Assembly (NCBI GenBank): GCA_041571435.1
Contig: JBFFUI010000022.1
Coordinates: 1-34,193, forward strand
Origin: Sulfurimonadaceae bacterium
Lineage (GTDB): Bacteria; Campylobacterota; Campylobacteria; Campylobacterales; Sulfurimonadaceae
Reading direction: 5' to 3'
Length of the DNA stretch: 34,193 nucleotides
Made by a program: the position numbers and the translations under genes. Each line of letters starts with the position of its first letter. The first letter of the stretch is position 1. The notes below the pieces were generated by a model. The model had not been told where the DNA came from, ran no database searches, and saw only the letters and a program-made list of their open reading frames with translations. Below are positions 1 through 8,233 of the stretch, in pieces.

Positions 1-48
1 AATCTGCTCCCTATGGGTTCCCAGGTTCGACTCCTGGTCTCACCACCA
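1..48 (+). tRNA. tRNA-Tyr, 3' part (anticodon just outside the window)
   Basis: Begins AATCTGC (3' anticodon arm), long variable arm, T-arm CCAGG-TTCGACT-CCTGG, ends CTCACC-A-CCA. Matches the GGTGAG-type tRNA-Tyr usually found before tRNA-Gly(TCC). Confidence 0.8.
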
Positions 49-59
49 TCAATGATGAC

Positions 60-136
60 GCGGGCGTAGCTCAGTTGGCTAGAGCGTCAGCCTTCCAAGC
101 TGAGGGTCGAGGGTTCGAGTCCCTTCACCCGCTCCA
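60..136 (+). tRNA. tRNA-Gly(TCC)
   Basis: GCGGGCG-TAGCTCAGTTGGCTAGAGC, anticodon arm TCAGC-CTTCCAA-GCTGA, T-loop GTTCGAGT, ends CCCGC-T-CCA. Confidence 0.97.
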
Positions 137-284
137 TTGAACACCACCTATTTTCTTCAACATCTGTTTTTCCCTACCGATAATTTAAAACCTATACCGC
201 TGTCCGCTGCTTTTTTGCAGGCCATGGCCGAAACCCTTCGCAACGCTGTATAATGTCTGTAGAAAAGAAGAGAGAGGTGCAGCG

Positions 285-866
285 ATGATCCCCTTTAACC
301 ACCTTGGCCGGCTGTTCAAGTACTTCGGTCCTGTTGCCTACCCCAAAGAGGCCATTGCGGCGCTCTGCGACTTTTTACAGCCCGTTTCGCCCAACGCCTC
401 GCTGCTCGACCTCGGTGCGGGCACAGGGGTTTTGAGCGAATTCGCTTTTTCGTGCAGAGAGGACCTTGCGTTTGTTGCGCTGGACCCCGCCGAGGGGATG
501 CTGAAGTTCTCCCCGTACTACGTCCGCACCCACACGGCCAGAGCCGAGGCGCTCCCCTTTGAGGAGAGCAGTTTTGACGTCATACTCATCGGCGAGGCGC
601 TGCACCACTTTCAGGAGCCAGAGCGGGCACTGCAGGAGATCGCGCGGGTGCTTAAAGGTGACGGTCGGCTCTTTATCTATGAGTTCGACCCGGGCACCGT
701 GATGGGCAGAAGCCTCTGCCTGGCGGAGAAGCTGGTCGGCGAGCCGGGACACTTCTATGCACCCGAGGTGCTGCAGGCGATGCTGGAAACCCACGGCTTC
801 AGTGTGAAGCTCAACCGGCACGGCTGGCGCTACACGCTTCTTGCACAGCAACAGGAGTTTCGTTAA
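285..866 (+). CDS. Class I SAM-dependent methyltransferase (Methyltransf_11-like)
   Basis: LLDLGAGTG motif I, AEALPFEESSFD, LHHF..ALQEIARVLKGDG. RBS GAGGTG and TATAAT at 249-254. Confidence 0.88.
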   Translation: MIPFNHLGRLFKYFGPVAYPKEAIAALCDFLQPVSPNASLLDLGAGTGVLSEFAFSCREDLAFVALDPAEGMLKFSPYYVRTHTARAEALPFEESSFDVILIGEALHHFQEPERALQEIARVLKGDGRLFIYEFDPGTVMGRSLCLAEKLVGEPGHFYAPEVLQAMLETHGFSVKLNRHGWRYTLLAQQQEFR

Positions 867-968
867 AATAGTATGCAAGAGGTCTGAAAAAGCGTTTCGG
901 ACAGAACCCAAAGGCGTGAAATGACGACGTGCATCGGCGGATGAGAAGAGTTAAGAGGTAGTAAAGTT

Positions 969-1556
969 ATGTCAGAGCAGGACCGGAAGAAGTGGGATGA
1001 GAAGTACCGCACCAAGCAGCAGCTGCTGAAGCCGCGCGAGGCGAGCGAGAACATCAAGAAGTTTGTCAAGCCGACGGTCGGCGGCAAGGCGCTTGACCTT
1101 GCCTGCGGGGCGGGGCGCAATGCCATCTACCTGGCCAAACAGGGCTACGAGGTCGACGCGCTCGACATCGCCGAGGCGGCGCTCATGGCCCTGACAGCGG
1201 AGGCGCGCCGCGAAGAGGTGGGACTGCTGATCAACAGCCGTCTGATCGACCTCGACAGCTATACGCCGCCCAAGGAGAGCTACGATCTCATCATCATGAT
1301 GAACTTTCTCGACCGCGGCCTCATCATGCGGGCGTATGAGGGGCTCAAACGCGGGGGGCTCTTCATCGTCGAGACCTACATGGACGACGACAGCAACGAG
1401 AAAGAGGGCTCCAGCGCCGACAACCTGCTCAAAAAAGAGGAGCTCAAGATCATCTTCGGCGAGAAGGACGAGGTGCTCTTTTACGACGAGTTCGAGAACG
1501 AAGCGTATGAGCTCTACAGCATGCAAAAACAGGTCATCGTCGTCAGAAAACGCTAG
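969..1556 (+). CDS. Class I SAM-dependent methyltransferase (TehB/TPMT-like)
   Basis: KWDEKY N-terminus, ALDLACGAGRNAIYLAKQGYEVDALDI. Confidence 0.88.
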   Translation: MSEQDRKKWDEKYRTKQQLLKPREASENIKKFVKPTVGGKALDLACGAGRNAIYLAKQGYEVDALDIAEAALMALTAEARREEVGLLINSRLIDLDSYTPPKESYDLIIMMNFLDRGLIMRAYEGLKRGGLFIVETYMDDDSNEKEGSSADNLLKKEELKIIFGEKDEVLFYDEFENEAYELYSMQKQVIVVRKR

Positions 1557-1597
1557 GCCGTTCGTTCTTTGCGGCCGTCAAGCAGAAGAGGGAAAAG

Positions 1598-2470
1598 ATG
1601 AAGGTCATTAATTTCGGTTCGATCAACATCGACCACGTCTACAGCGTCGACCATTTTGTCCGTCCCGGCGAAACGCTGGAGAGCCGGAGCTACAGCCTCT
1701 TCTCCGGCGGCAAGGGGGCGAACCAGTCCATCGCTCTGGCGCGCGCCGGCGCAGCGGTGATGCATGCGGGAAAAGTGGGTCCGGACGGCGACTGGCTAAC
1801 AGCGAAACTGCGCGACAACGGCGTGGATGTTAGTCTAGTCGAGACGGCGGCTGAACCCACCGGACATGCCGTCATACAGGTCAACAGAGAGGGCGAGAAC
1901 GCCATCATAATCCACGGCGGCGCAAACAGGTCTGTTAGCGAAACTAACATCAAAAAGGTGCTGGAAAACGCTAAAGAGGGTGACCTCCTGCTGCTGCAAA
2001 ACGAGATCAATTCTGTGGCGGATATTCTCGAAAAAGCCAAGGGGCTCACCGTTGTCTTCAACCCGGCGCCGATGAGCGACGCGGTCAGGCACTATCCGCT
2101 GGAGAAGGTGGACATCTTCATCGTCAACGAGACCGAAGGCGAAGCGCTGACCGGCGAGAGGCAGCCCGAAGCGATCCTCGATGCCATGGCGGCACGCTAC
2201 CCAAAAAGCCGTACCGTTTTGACACTGGGCAGAGCGGGTGTGCGCTACGGCGACGGGGCGCAGCGCATCTCTGTGGCGGCGCTGGAGGTCGAGGCTGTCG
2301 ACACGACCGGTGCGGGTGACACCTTCATCGGCTATTTCCTGGCGGAACTGGTACGCGGCAGCAGCGTCAAGGCCGCTATAGAGCTGGGTGTCAGGGCCTC
2401 GGCGCTCTGTGTCACCCGCAAAGGGGCGGCCGATTCCATCCCCGAAAGAGAGGAGCTGCAGTATGCGTAG
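1598..2470 (+). CDS. rbsK: Ribokinase (PfkB family)
   Basis: GSINID, GGKGANQSIALARAG, LLQNE, NPAP, VNETE, VDTTGAGDTFIG signatures. Confidence 0.88.
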   Translation: MKVINFGSINIDHVYSVDHFVRPGETLESRSYSLFSGGKGANQSIALARAGAAVMHAGKVGPDGDWLTAKLRDNGVDVSLVETAAEPTGHAVIQVNREGENAIIIHGGANRSVSETNIKKVLENAKEGDLLLLQNEINSVADILEKAKGLTVVFNPAPMSDAVRHYPLEKVDIFIVNETEGEALTGERQPEAILDAMAARYPKSRTVLTLGRAGVRYGDGAQRISVAALEVEAVDTTGAGDTFIGYFLAELVRGSSVKAAIELGVRASALCVTRKGAADSIPEREELQYA

Positions 2471-2969
2471 TGTTGCAATATTGATCGATGAGATGTTTGA
2501 AGATTCGGAGTTTATCTACCCCTACTACCGTCTGCTCGAGGCGGGGATGAACGTCGATGTCGTGGGGCGCGAAAAACGGGCCTACCGCGGCAAGCACGGC
2601 ACGACCGCAAAAGCGACCAAAACAATCTATGAGATCGGGAGCGGCAGTTACGAGGGGGTCTATGTGCCCGGCGGCTATGCCCCCGACAACCTGCGCAGGG
2701 TGCCGGAGATGGTCGCCTTTGTCCGCGCGATGTATGAGCAGGAGAAGACGGTCTGTGCGCTCTGTCACGGCCCCTCGCTGCTCATCTCGGCAGGCATACT
2801 CAACGGCAAGCGGGTAACGGCCTACCGCTCCATCGGCGACGACCTGCGCAATGCCGGTGCCCTCTATAGCGACAAAGCGGTCGAGCAGGACGGCAACATC
2901 ATCACCGGCCGCGACCCGAGATCGCTTCCGGCCGTGATGAAGCTCTTTCTGGCGCGCCTGAACTCCTAG
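2463..2969 (+). CDS. PfpI/DJ-1 family protease/deglycase
   Basis: Start moved to ATG 2463 (MRSVAILIDEMFEDSE, RBS GAGGAG), overlapping the rbsK stop. VPGGYAPD, ALCHGP catalytic Cys-His, DGNIITGR. Confidence 0.9.
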   Translation: MRSVAILIDEMFEDSEFIYPYYRLLEAGMNVDVVGREKRAYRGKHGTTAKATKTIYEIGSGSYEGVYVPGGYAPDNLRRVPEMVAFVRAMYEQEKTVCALCHGPSLLISAGILNGKRVTAYRSIGDDLRNAGALYSDKAVEQDGNIITGRDPRSLPAVMKLFLARLNS

Positions 2970-2972
2970 CGG

Positions 2973-3320
2973 CTATAGGCCCGCTTTTTTGGCGTCCGCG
3001 ACACAGTAGCGGGTGTGCGGTTCGGCGCGCAGACGCTCGACAGGGATGGTGTCGCCGCTCGCTTCGCAGATGCCGTAGGTGTGGTTGCCCAGCTTCGTGA
3101 GGGCATGGTTGACCTCTTCGAGTTCATGGCGCTGCTGCTTGAGCAGTGCGCTATGGTGCATGCTGTCGCTCTCCTGGGTTGCCATGTCCTGCAGGTCGTC
3201 GATATCATCATCGATAACGATCGCTTCGAGCTCCTGGCTGAGACGGGTGATGTTGGCTTCGAGCTCGCGTTTCATCTCCAGCAGACGCTCTTCAAATTCC
3301 TGATAATCCAATGCTGACAT
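2973..3320 (-). CDS. DksA/TraR family transcription factor (2-Cys variant)
   Basis: Coiled coil with DLQDMA (DxxDxA) tip. YGICEASGDTIPVERLRAEPHTRYC C-terminal domain. RBS AGGA. Confidence 0.88.
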   Translation of the reverse strand: MSALDYQEFEERLLEMKRELEANITRLSQELEAIVIDDDIDDLQDMATQESDSMHHSALLKQQRHELEEVNHALTKLGNHTYGICEASGDTIPVERLRAEPHTRYCVADAKKAGL

Positions 3321-3583
3321 CTTCTATCCTTTATGTTCTCTTTTCAACTATCTTAACATAATTTGGCAGCAAATGAGCATATAAAAAAAAGCATTTTCGC
3401 CAATGGCGGCGCTGCCCGGATCGGTGCGCTCTGCACGTCGAATGCGCTCCTTGCTTTCTTCTGTTTTGTGTCGGGTCCCGGGCTGTGCCGTGTTTTTTTG
3501 GTAATTTTAAAGTAAACCGGAGTAGTGTATAGCATAGGTAGTTATCGCAACGACACATTTTGACGAAAGAAAGAAGGAATGTT

Positions 3584-5404
3584 ATGGCAATCATTGGTAT
3601 AGATCTCGGAACATCAAACTCTGCCGCCGCAGTGCTCCGCGGCGGCAAACCGGTCATCATCCCCAGTACGGAGGGGATCAGCCTGAGCGGAAAGGCCTTT
3701 CCCAGCTATGTGGCCATCACGGCGGACGGGCACAAACTCGTCGGCGAACCGGCCCGCAGACAGGCGGCCGAAAACCCCGAGGGAACGGCAAAAGCATTTA
3801 AACGCAGAATGGGCCGGCGCGAGAGGATCCGGCTGCGCGACAAAGAGTTCACACCCGAGCAGCTCTCCGCTTTTTTGCTGCAGAAGATCAAAAACGATGC
3901 CGAAGCCTATCTGGGCGAACCGGTCGAAAAAGCGGTCGTGACGGTGCCGGCCTACTTCGACGACAACCAGCGCAGTGCGACCAAGGATGCCTGCAAGATC
4001 GCCGGACTGGAGGTGGTCAGGCTGGTCAACGAGCCGACGGCGGCGGCACTGGCCTACGGGCTTGACCGCAGCGGCGAAGACATCAAGATCGCCGTGATCG
4101 ATTTTGGCGGCGGTACGCTTGACGTCACGATCATGGAGTTCGGAAACGGCGTCTTCGAGGTCAAGTCGACAAGCGGTGACACGCAGCTCGGCGGTACCGA
4201 CATGAACGAGAAGATCTTTGACCATCTGGCCGAAAAGTACAAAGCGCAGTCCGGCGTTGATATCGCAGCGGACAGAAAAGCAACGGCGCGTCTGATGGAG
4301 GCTGCGGAGATGGCCAAGATCGAGCTGACCACGAGTACGACGACCCATATCAGCCTCCCCTACATCGCAGCGGACAAACATCTGGAGCTTGACCTGACAC
4401 GAACGGAGCTCGAACGGCTGGTACGGCCGGTCATCGAACGCTGCCGCGGGCCGATCGAACAGGCATTGAGCGATGCGGGTGTTGAGGACAAGGTCGACCG
4501 GATCGTCTTTGTCGGGGGTCCGACACGCATGCCGGTCGTGCGTGAATATTTTGAGGGGCTGCTCGGCCAGAAGGCGGAAGGCGGGGTCGATCCGATGGAG
4601 TGTGTCGCCAGCGGCGCGGCCATACAGGCGGGCGTGCTTTCGGGCGAGGTCGGCGACATCGTACTGGTCGACGTCACCCCGCTCAGCCTCGGCGTCGAGA
4701 CCCTCGGCGGCGTGGTCAGTGTCCTGATCGGACGCAACGCGCCGATCCCTGTCAAACATACGGAGACCTTTACGACAGCGGCTGACATGCAGACCAGTGT
4801 GACGGTCCATGTTGTTCAGGGCGAACGCCCGATGGCCGCGGACAACACCTCGCTGGGGCAGTTCAATCTCGACGGCCTCGTCCCGGCGCCCCGCGGTATC
4901 CCGAAGATCGACGTGACCTTCGACATCGATGCGAGCGGTATCCTCAATGTGACGGCCAAAGATGTCGCGACGGGCAAAAGCCAGTCCATCAAGATCACCG
5001 CTTCGACGCGCCTCTCCAATGAGGATAAGGAGCGGATGGTCCAGGAGGCGGAGCAGTATGCCGAAGCGGATAAAAAACGCAAAGAGGAGGCCGACAGGCT
5101 CAACGCGGCCGACGCGGTCTGTTACGAAGCCGAGAGGCTGCTGGCCGAATACGGCGACAAACTCGCGAGTGAACTGCGTGCGAAGATAGAGGTGAAACTC
5201 AAGGAGACGAAGAGTGCGCTCGAGAGCCGCGACATCGATCTGGCGACGACCCATGCCGATGCGCTCAAAGCGCTTATGAAAGAGGCCGGCAGCACGATCT
5301 ATGCACAGTCCCAGGGCGAAGGGTCACCGCAGGGCACGGGCAGCGACAGTGCGAACCCGCCGTACGAAAGGGTGGTGGATGCCGACTACCGCGAAACCAC
5401 CTGA
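3584..5404 (+). CDS. dnaK: Hsp70 chaperone DnaK (archaeal-type, probably a secondary copy)
   Basis: IIGIDLGTSNS, TVPAYF, NEPTAAALAYG, DFGGGTLD, VDVTPLSLGVET, PAPRGIPKIDVTFDID. ATG 3584 follows AAGGA. Confidence 0.96.
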   Translation: MAIIGIDLGTSNSAAAVLRGGKPVIIPSTEGISLSGKAFPSYVAITADGHKLVGEPARRQAAENPEGTAKAFKRRMGRRERIRLRDKEFTPEQLSAFLLQKIKNDAEAYLGEPVEKAVVTVPAYFDDNQRSATKDACKIAGLEVVRLVNEPTAAALAYGLDRSGEDIKIAVIDFGGGTLDVTIMEFGNGVFEVKSTSGDTQLGGTDMNEKIFDHLAEKYKAQSGVDIAADRKATARLMEAAEMAKIELTTSTTTHISLPYIAADKHLELDLTRTELERLVRPVIERCRGPIEQALSDAGVEDKVDRIVFVGGPTRMPVVREYFEGLLGQKAEGGVDPMECVASGAAIQAGVLSGEVGDIVLVDVTPLSLGVETLGGVVSVLIGRNAPIPVKHTETFTTAADMQTSVTVHVVQGERPMAADNTSLGQFNLDGLVPAPRGIPKIDVTFDIDASGILNVTAKDVATGKSQSIKITASTRLSNEDKERMVQEAEQYAEADKKRKEEADRLNAADAVCYEAERLLAEYGDKLASELRAKIEVKLKETKSALESRDIDLATTHADALKALMKEAGSTIYAQSQGEGSPQGTGSDSANPPYERVVDADYRETT

Positions 5405-5414
5405 GGAGTAGGGC

Positions 5415-6518
5415 ATCGAAGCAGCAGACAAACGCGACTATTACGAAGTGCTCGGCGTCGACAAAGATGCCGATCAGAAGACGATCAAAGAGACCTTTCG
5501 CAAACTGGCGTTGAAGTACCACCCCGACAGGAACAAAGAGCCGGATGCCGAGGCGAAGTTCAAAGAGATCGCCGAAGCCTATGCGGTGCTCTCCGACCCT
5601 AAAAAGCGCAAAGAGTACGACAACCGCGGTTTCGCCGGTGTATCAGGCTTCTCCCAGGAGGACCTTTTCGGCGGTATCAATTTCGACGATATTTTCGGGG
5701 GCGGCGGTTTCGGTGTCGACCTCGGCGGTTTCGGCGGCGGGCTCTTTAACAGTTTCTTTCAGGGCGCGAGGCACCGCGACGGCCGCGGCGCCGATATCCG
5801 GATCGAGATCGTCGTACCCCTGGAGAAGATCGTCTCCGGCGGTGACGAAGCGGTGCGTATCAGCCATCCGAGGGTCTGCCCGGAGTGCCAGGGAAGCGGA
5901 GCGGCCTCTGCCGGCGATGTGCGGAGCTGTGAGGTCTGTCATGGCACCGGGCAGCAGGTCAACACACGCAAAGAGGGAAATGTCGCCTACCAGGAGATCC
6001 GCCCCTGTCCGAACTGCGGGGGAAAGGGAAAGTTTATCGACAAACCGTGCCCCAAATGCATGGGAACGGGCAGGATCGACACCCCCGAGACCCTGACGGT
6101 CAGGATACCTGTCGGTGCGGAGGAGGGGATGGTGCTGCGTATACCGTCGCACGGCAGGCCGAGCCCAACTCCGGACGGCAAGCAGGGTGATCTGCTGGTC
6201 ATCGTACGGACGGCCTATAACCCGGATTTTGAGCGTTCGGGGGCGGACCTCTGGCGCAAACAGAGCATCGAACTCATCGATGCCGTGCTGGGCAAAGAGA
6301 TCGATGTTAAGACCCTGGACGGAAAGGTGAAAGTGACCGTTCCGCAGGGGACGCAGCCCAATGCGGTCCTGCGCCTGAGCGAAAAAGGGCTTCCCTATTT
6401 CGGTGAGAAGCGATGGGGTGATCTCTACCTCCGGCTCAATGTGCATGTTCCCGAACATCTCACGGATGAAGAGCGGAGGCTCTACACCCAGCTGCAAACG
6501 CTGCGTGAAAAACACTAA
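5415..6518 (+). CDS. dnaJ: Class A chaperone DnaJ
   Basis: [15 protein letters not shown]-domain, G/F region, four CxxCxGxG repeats. The frame is open back to ATC at 5415, 6 nt after GAGGAG. The ORF-track start GTG 5448 truncates J-domain helix I. Confidence 0.93.
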   Translation: MEAADKRDYYEVLGVDKDADQKTIKETFRKLALKYHPDRNKEPDAEAKFKEIAEAYAVLSDPKKRKEYDNRGFAGVSGFSQEDLFGGINFDDIFGGGGFGVDLGGFGGGLFNSFFQGARHRDGRGADIRIEIVVPLEKIVSGGDEAVRISHPRVCPECQGSGAASAGDVRSCEVCHGTGQQVNTRKEGNVAYQEIRPCPNCGGKGKFIDKPCPKCMGTGRIDTPETLTVRIPVGAEEGMVLRIPSHGRPSPTPDGKQGDLLVIVRTAYNPDFERSGADLWRKQSIELIDAVLGKEIDVKTLDGKVKVTVPQGTQPNAVLRLSEKGLPYFGEKRWGDLYLRLNVHVPEHLTDEERRLYTQLQTLREKH

Positions 6519-6662
6519 AGAGATTTTTAAACGTTACAGTGCGATGGGTTATGGAGTAGATAAAAGCAGGGCCGTTTAAGACGGCGCTTGAAGTAGAGGA
6601 TGGATACATTCTCTAGCTATCTGTATGCAGTTTGTAGAGCTCGCGGATAAGTTGAAGTTCTG

Positions 6663-6803
6663 TTAAGAGCTCTTCTTTTCCGCTTTCTCCTTTTTTGTGT
6701 AGGACTTCGTCTGTTTCTTGATCTGCTGCTTCAGCTCTTTTTTGAGCAGGTTCTTAACCTCTTTTTTAACAAGCTTTTTGACTTTTTTCTTTTGCATAAT
6801 CAT
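6663..6803 (-). CDS. Small lysine-rich protein (46 aa)
   Basis: Hand-translated MIMQKKKVKKLVKKEVKNLLKKELKQQIKKQTKSYTKKEKAEKKSS*. AAGGA directly upstream. Not in the ORF track. Confidence 0.65.
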   Translation of the reverse strand: MIMQKKKVKKLVKKEVKNLLKKELKQQIKKQTKSYTKKEKAEKKSS

Positions 6804-6886
6804 CTTCCTTTTTCTGAATTATAGGGGGTACCTACTATTAATCATAGGACGTTCTTGCTTACCGAATCCTAAAAGCAGCTGCCTGC

Positions 6887-8233
6887 CTAGAGATAGCTGA
6901 TGATCTCGGCGACGCTCGGGTGGGCATGGATCATGGACTTGAGCTCTTTGAACGTGACCTCTCTCTCGACGGCGAGCAGCAGTTCGTGGATGATCTCTGT
7001 CGCTTCGACCCCGACAATCGAGGCGCCGAGGATGACGCCGTTTTCAGCATCGACAAGCAGTTTGGCAAAGCCCGCATCGTCGCCGAGGATCTTCGCCCTG
7101 GCATTGGCTTTGAAGTAGGCCTTCTTCACCTCCACACGGCGCCCTTTGGCTTCGGCCTGGCTCTCTGTCAGACCGCAGCTGGCGACGGCCGGATGGGTGA
7201 AGATGGCGGAGGGGGAGAATGCGGTGTTGGCAAGGGCTTCGCCGGTGGCGATGTTGTGTGCCGCGATCCTCGCTTCGGCGTAGGCCGTGTGGGCGTAGGC
7301 AGGCGTGTCTATGCAGTCGCCGAGCGCGTAGATGTGCGGCTGGGCGGTCTGGAAGGCGGCATTGACCTGGACGAACCCCTTCTCGCTCACGGCCACACCC
7401 GCTTTGTCAAGTGAGAGTCCGCCGGTGTTGGGAACGCGTCCGGCAGCGCAGAGCACCGTTTCGCAGAGTATCTTCTCACTGCTTTCGCCTTCGAGCAGCA
7501 GCTCCACACCCTCGTCGCGGACGACCGCTTGCTGTACGGTCGATGCTGTGATGATGCGGATGTCGCGTTTTTTAAACGCGCGCATCAGTGCTTTGGCGAG
7601 CTCCTCATCTTCGCCCGAGAGAAGCCGGGACCCCCGCACGATCAGCGTCACCTGGACACCGAAGGCGGCAAAGAAGCTGGCGAACTCGCAGCCGATGGGG
7701 CCGCCGCCGACGATGGCGATGGAGAGGGGGAGCCGTTCGAGTTCGAACACCTCTCTGCTGGAGATGATGCGTTTGCCGTCGATGGGCAGCTGGGCAACCT
7801 GCCGAAGCTGCGAGCCCGTCGCGATGATGCACCTCTCGAACGAAATAGGTTCGCCCGAGACCTCGAGGGTGTGGCTGTCAATGAAACGGGCCTCGCCATA
7901 GAGCAGCTCCACACCGGCCTGATCGAGCAGCCATGAGACTCCTGAACGCAGCTCGTCGACGAGCTCGAAGGTCTTTGTTCTGAGCTTCGGGAGGTCGAGC
8001 CCTGTAAAGCCGATCTCAAGGCCGTTCTCTTTGAAATGGGCGACCCGCATCGCATAGCCGGCGCTCTCGATGTAGTTCTTCGCCGGAGTACACCCTTCGT
8101 TGAGGCAGGTGCCGCCGAGACGCGCTTTGCTTTTGTCGATCAGCAGGGTCTTCACCCCCGCTCTGGCGAGCTCAAGGGCCGCCTCGTAGCCGCCGGGGCC
8201 GGCGCCGATCACGATGGTGTCATAGGTTCTCAT
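6887..8233 (-). CDS. lpdA: Dihydrolipoamide dehydrogenase (E3)
   Basis: IGAGPGGY FAD motif, GGTCLNEGC redox disulfide, VGGGPIGCE NAD motif, HAHPSVAE catalytic His-Glu. Confidence 0.93.
   Translation of the reverse strand: MRTYDTIVIGAGPGGYEAALELARAGVKTLLIDKSKARLGGTCLNEGCTPAKNYIESAGYAMRVAHFKENGLEIGFTGLDLPKLRTKTFELVDELRSGVSWLLDQAGVELLYGEARFIDSHTLEVSGEPISFERCIIATGSQLRQVAQLPIDGKRIISSREVFELERLPLSIAIVGGGPIGCEFASFFAAFGVQVTLIVRGSRLLSGEDEELAKALMRAFKKRDIRIITASTVQQAVVRDEGVELLLEGESSEKILCETVLCAAGRVPNTGGLSLDKAGVAVSEKGFVQVNAAFQTAQPHIYALGDCIDTPAYAHTAYAEARIAAHNIATGEALANTAFSPSAIFTHPAVASCGLTESQAEAKGRRVEVKKAYFKANARAKILGDDAGFAKLLVDAENGVILGASIVGVEATEIIHELLLAVEREVTFKELKSMIHAHPSVAEIISYL

Noticed and set aside
873-934. 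Possible three-way RNA junction between the two methyltransferase genes
   Set aside because: Only one convincing 8-bp stem and no riboswitch consensus. Compatible with chance or a weak terminator.
3321-3583. CIRCE or HAIR heat-shock operators upstream of dnaK
   Set aside because: Neither TTAGCACTC-N9-GAGTGCTAA nor CTTGAGT-N7-ACTCAAG is present.
3614-5254. 546-aa antisense ORF over dnaK
   Set aside because: Long antisense frames opposite dnaK are a known codon-bias artefact. No domain motifs were recognised.
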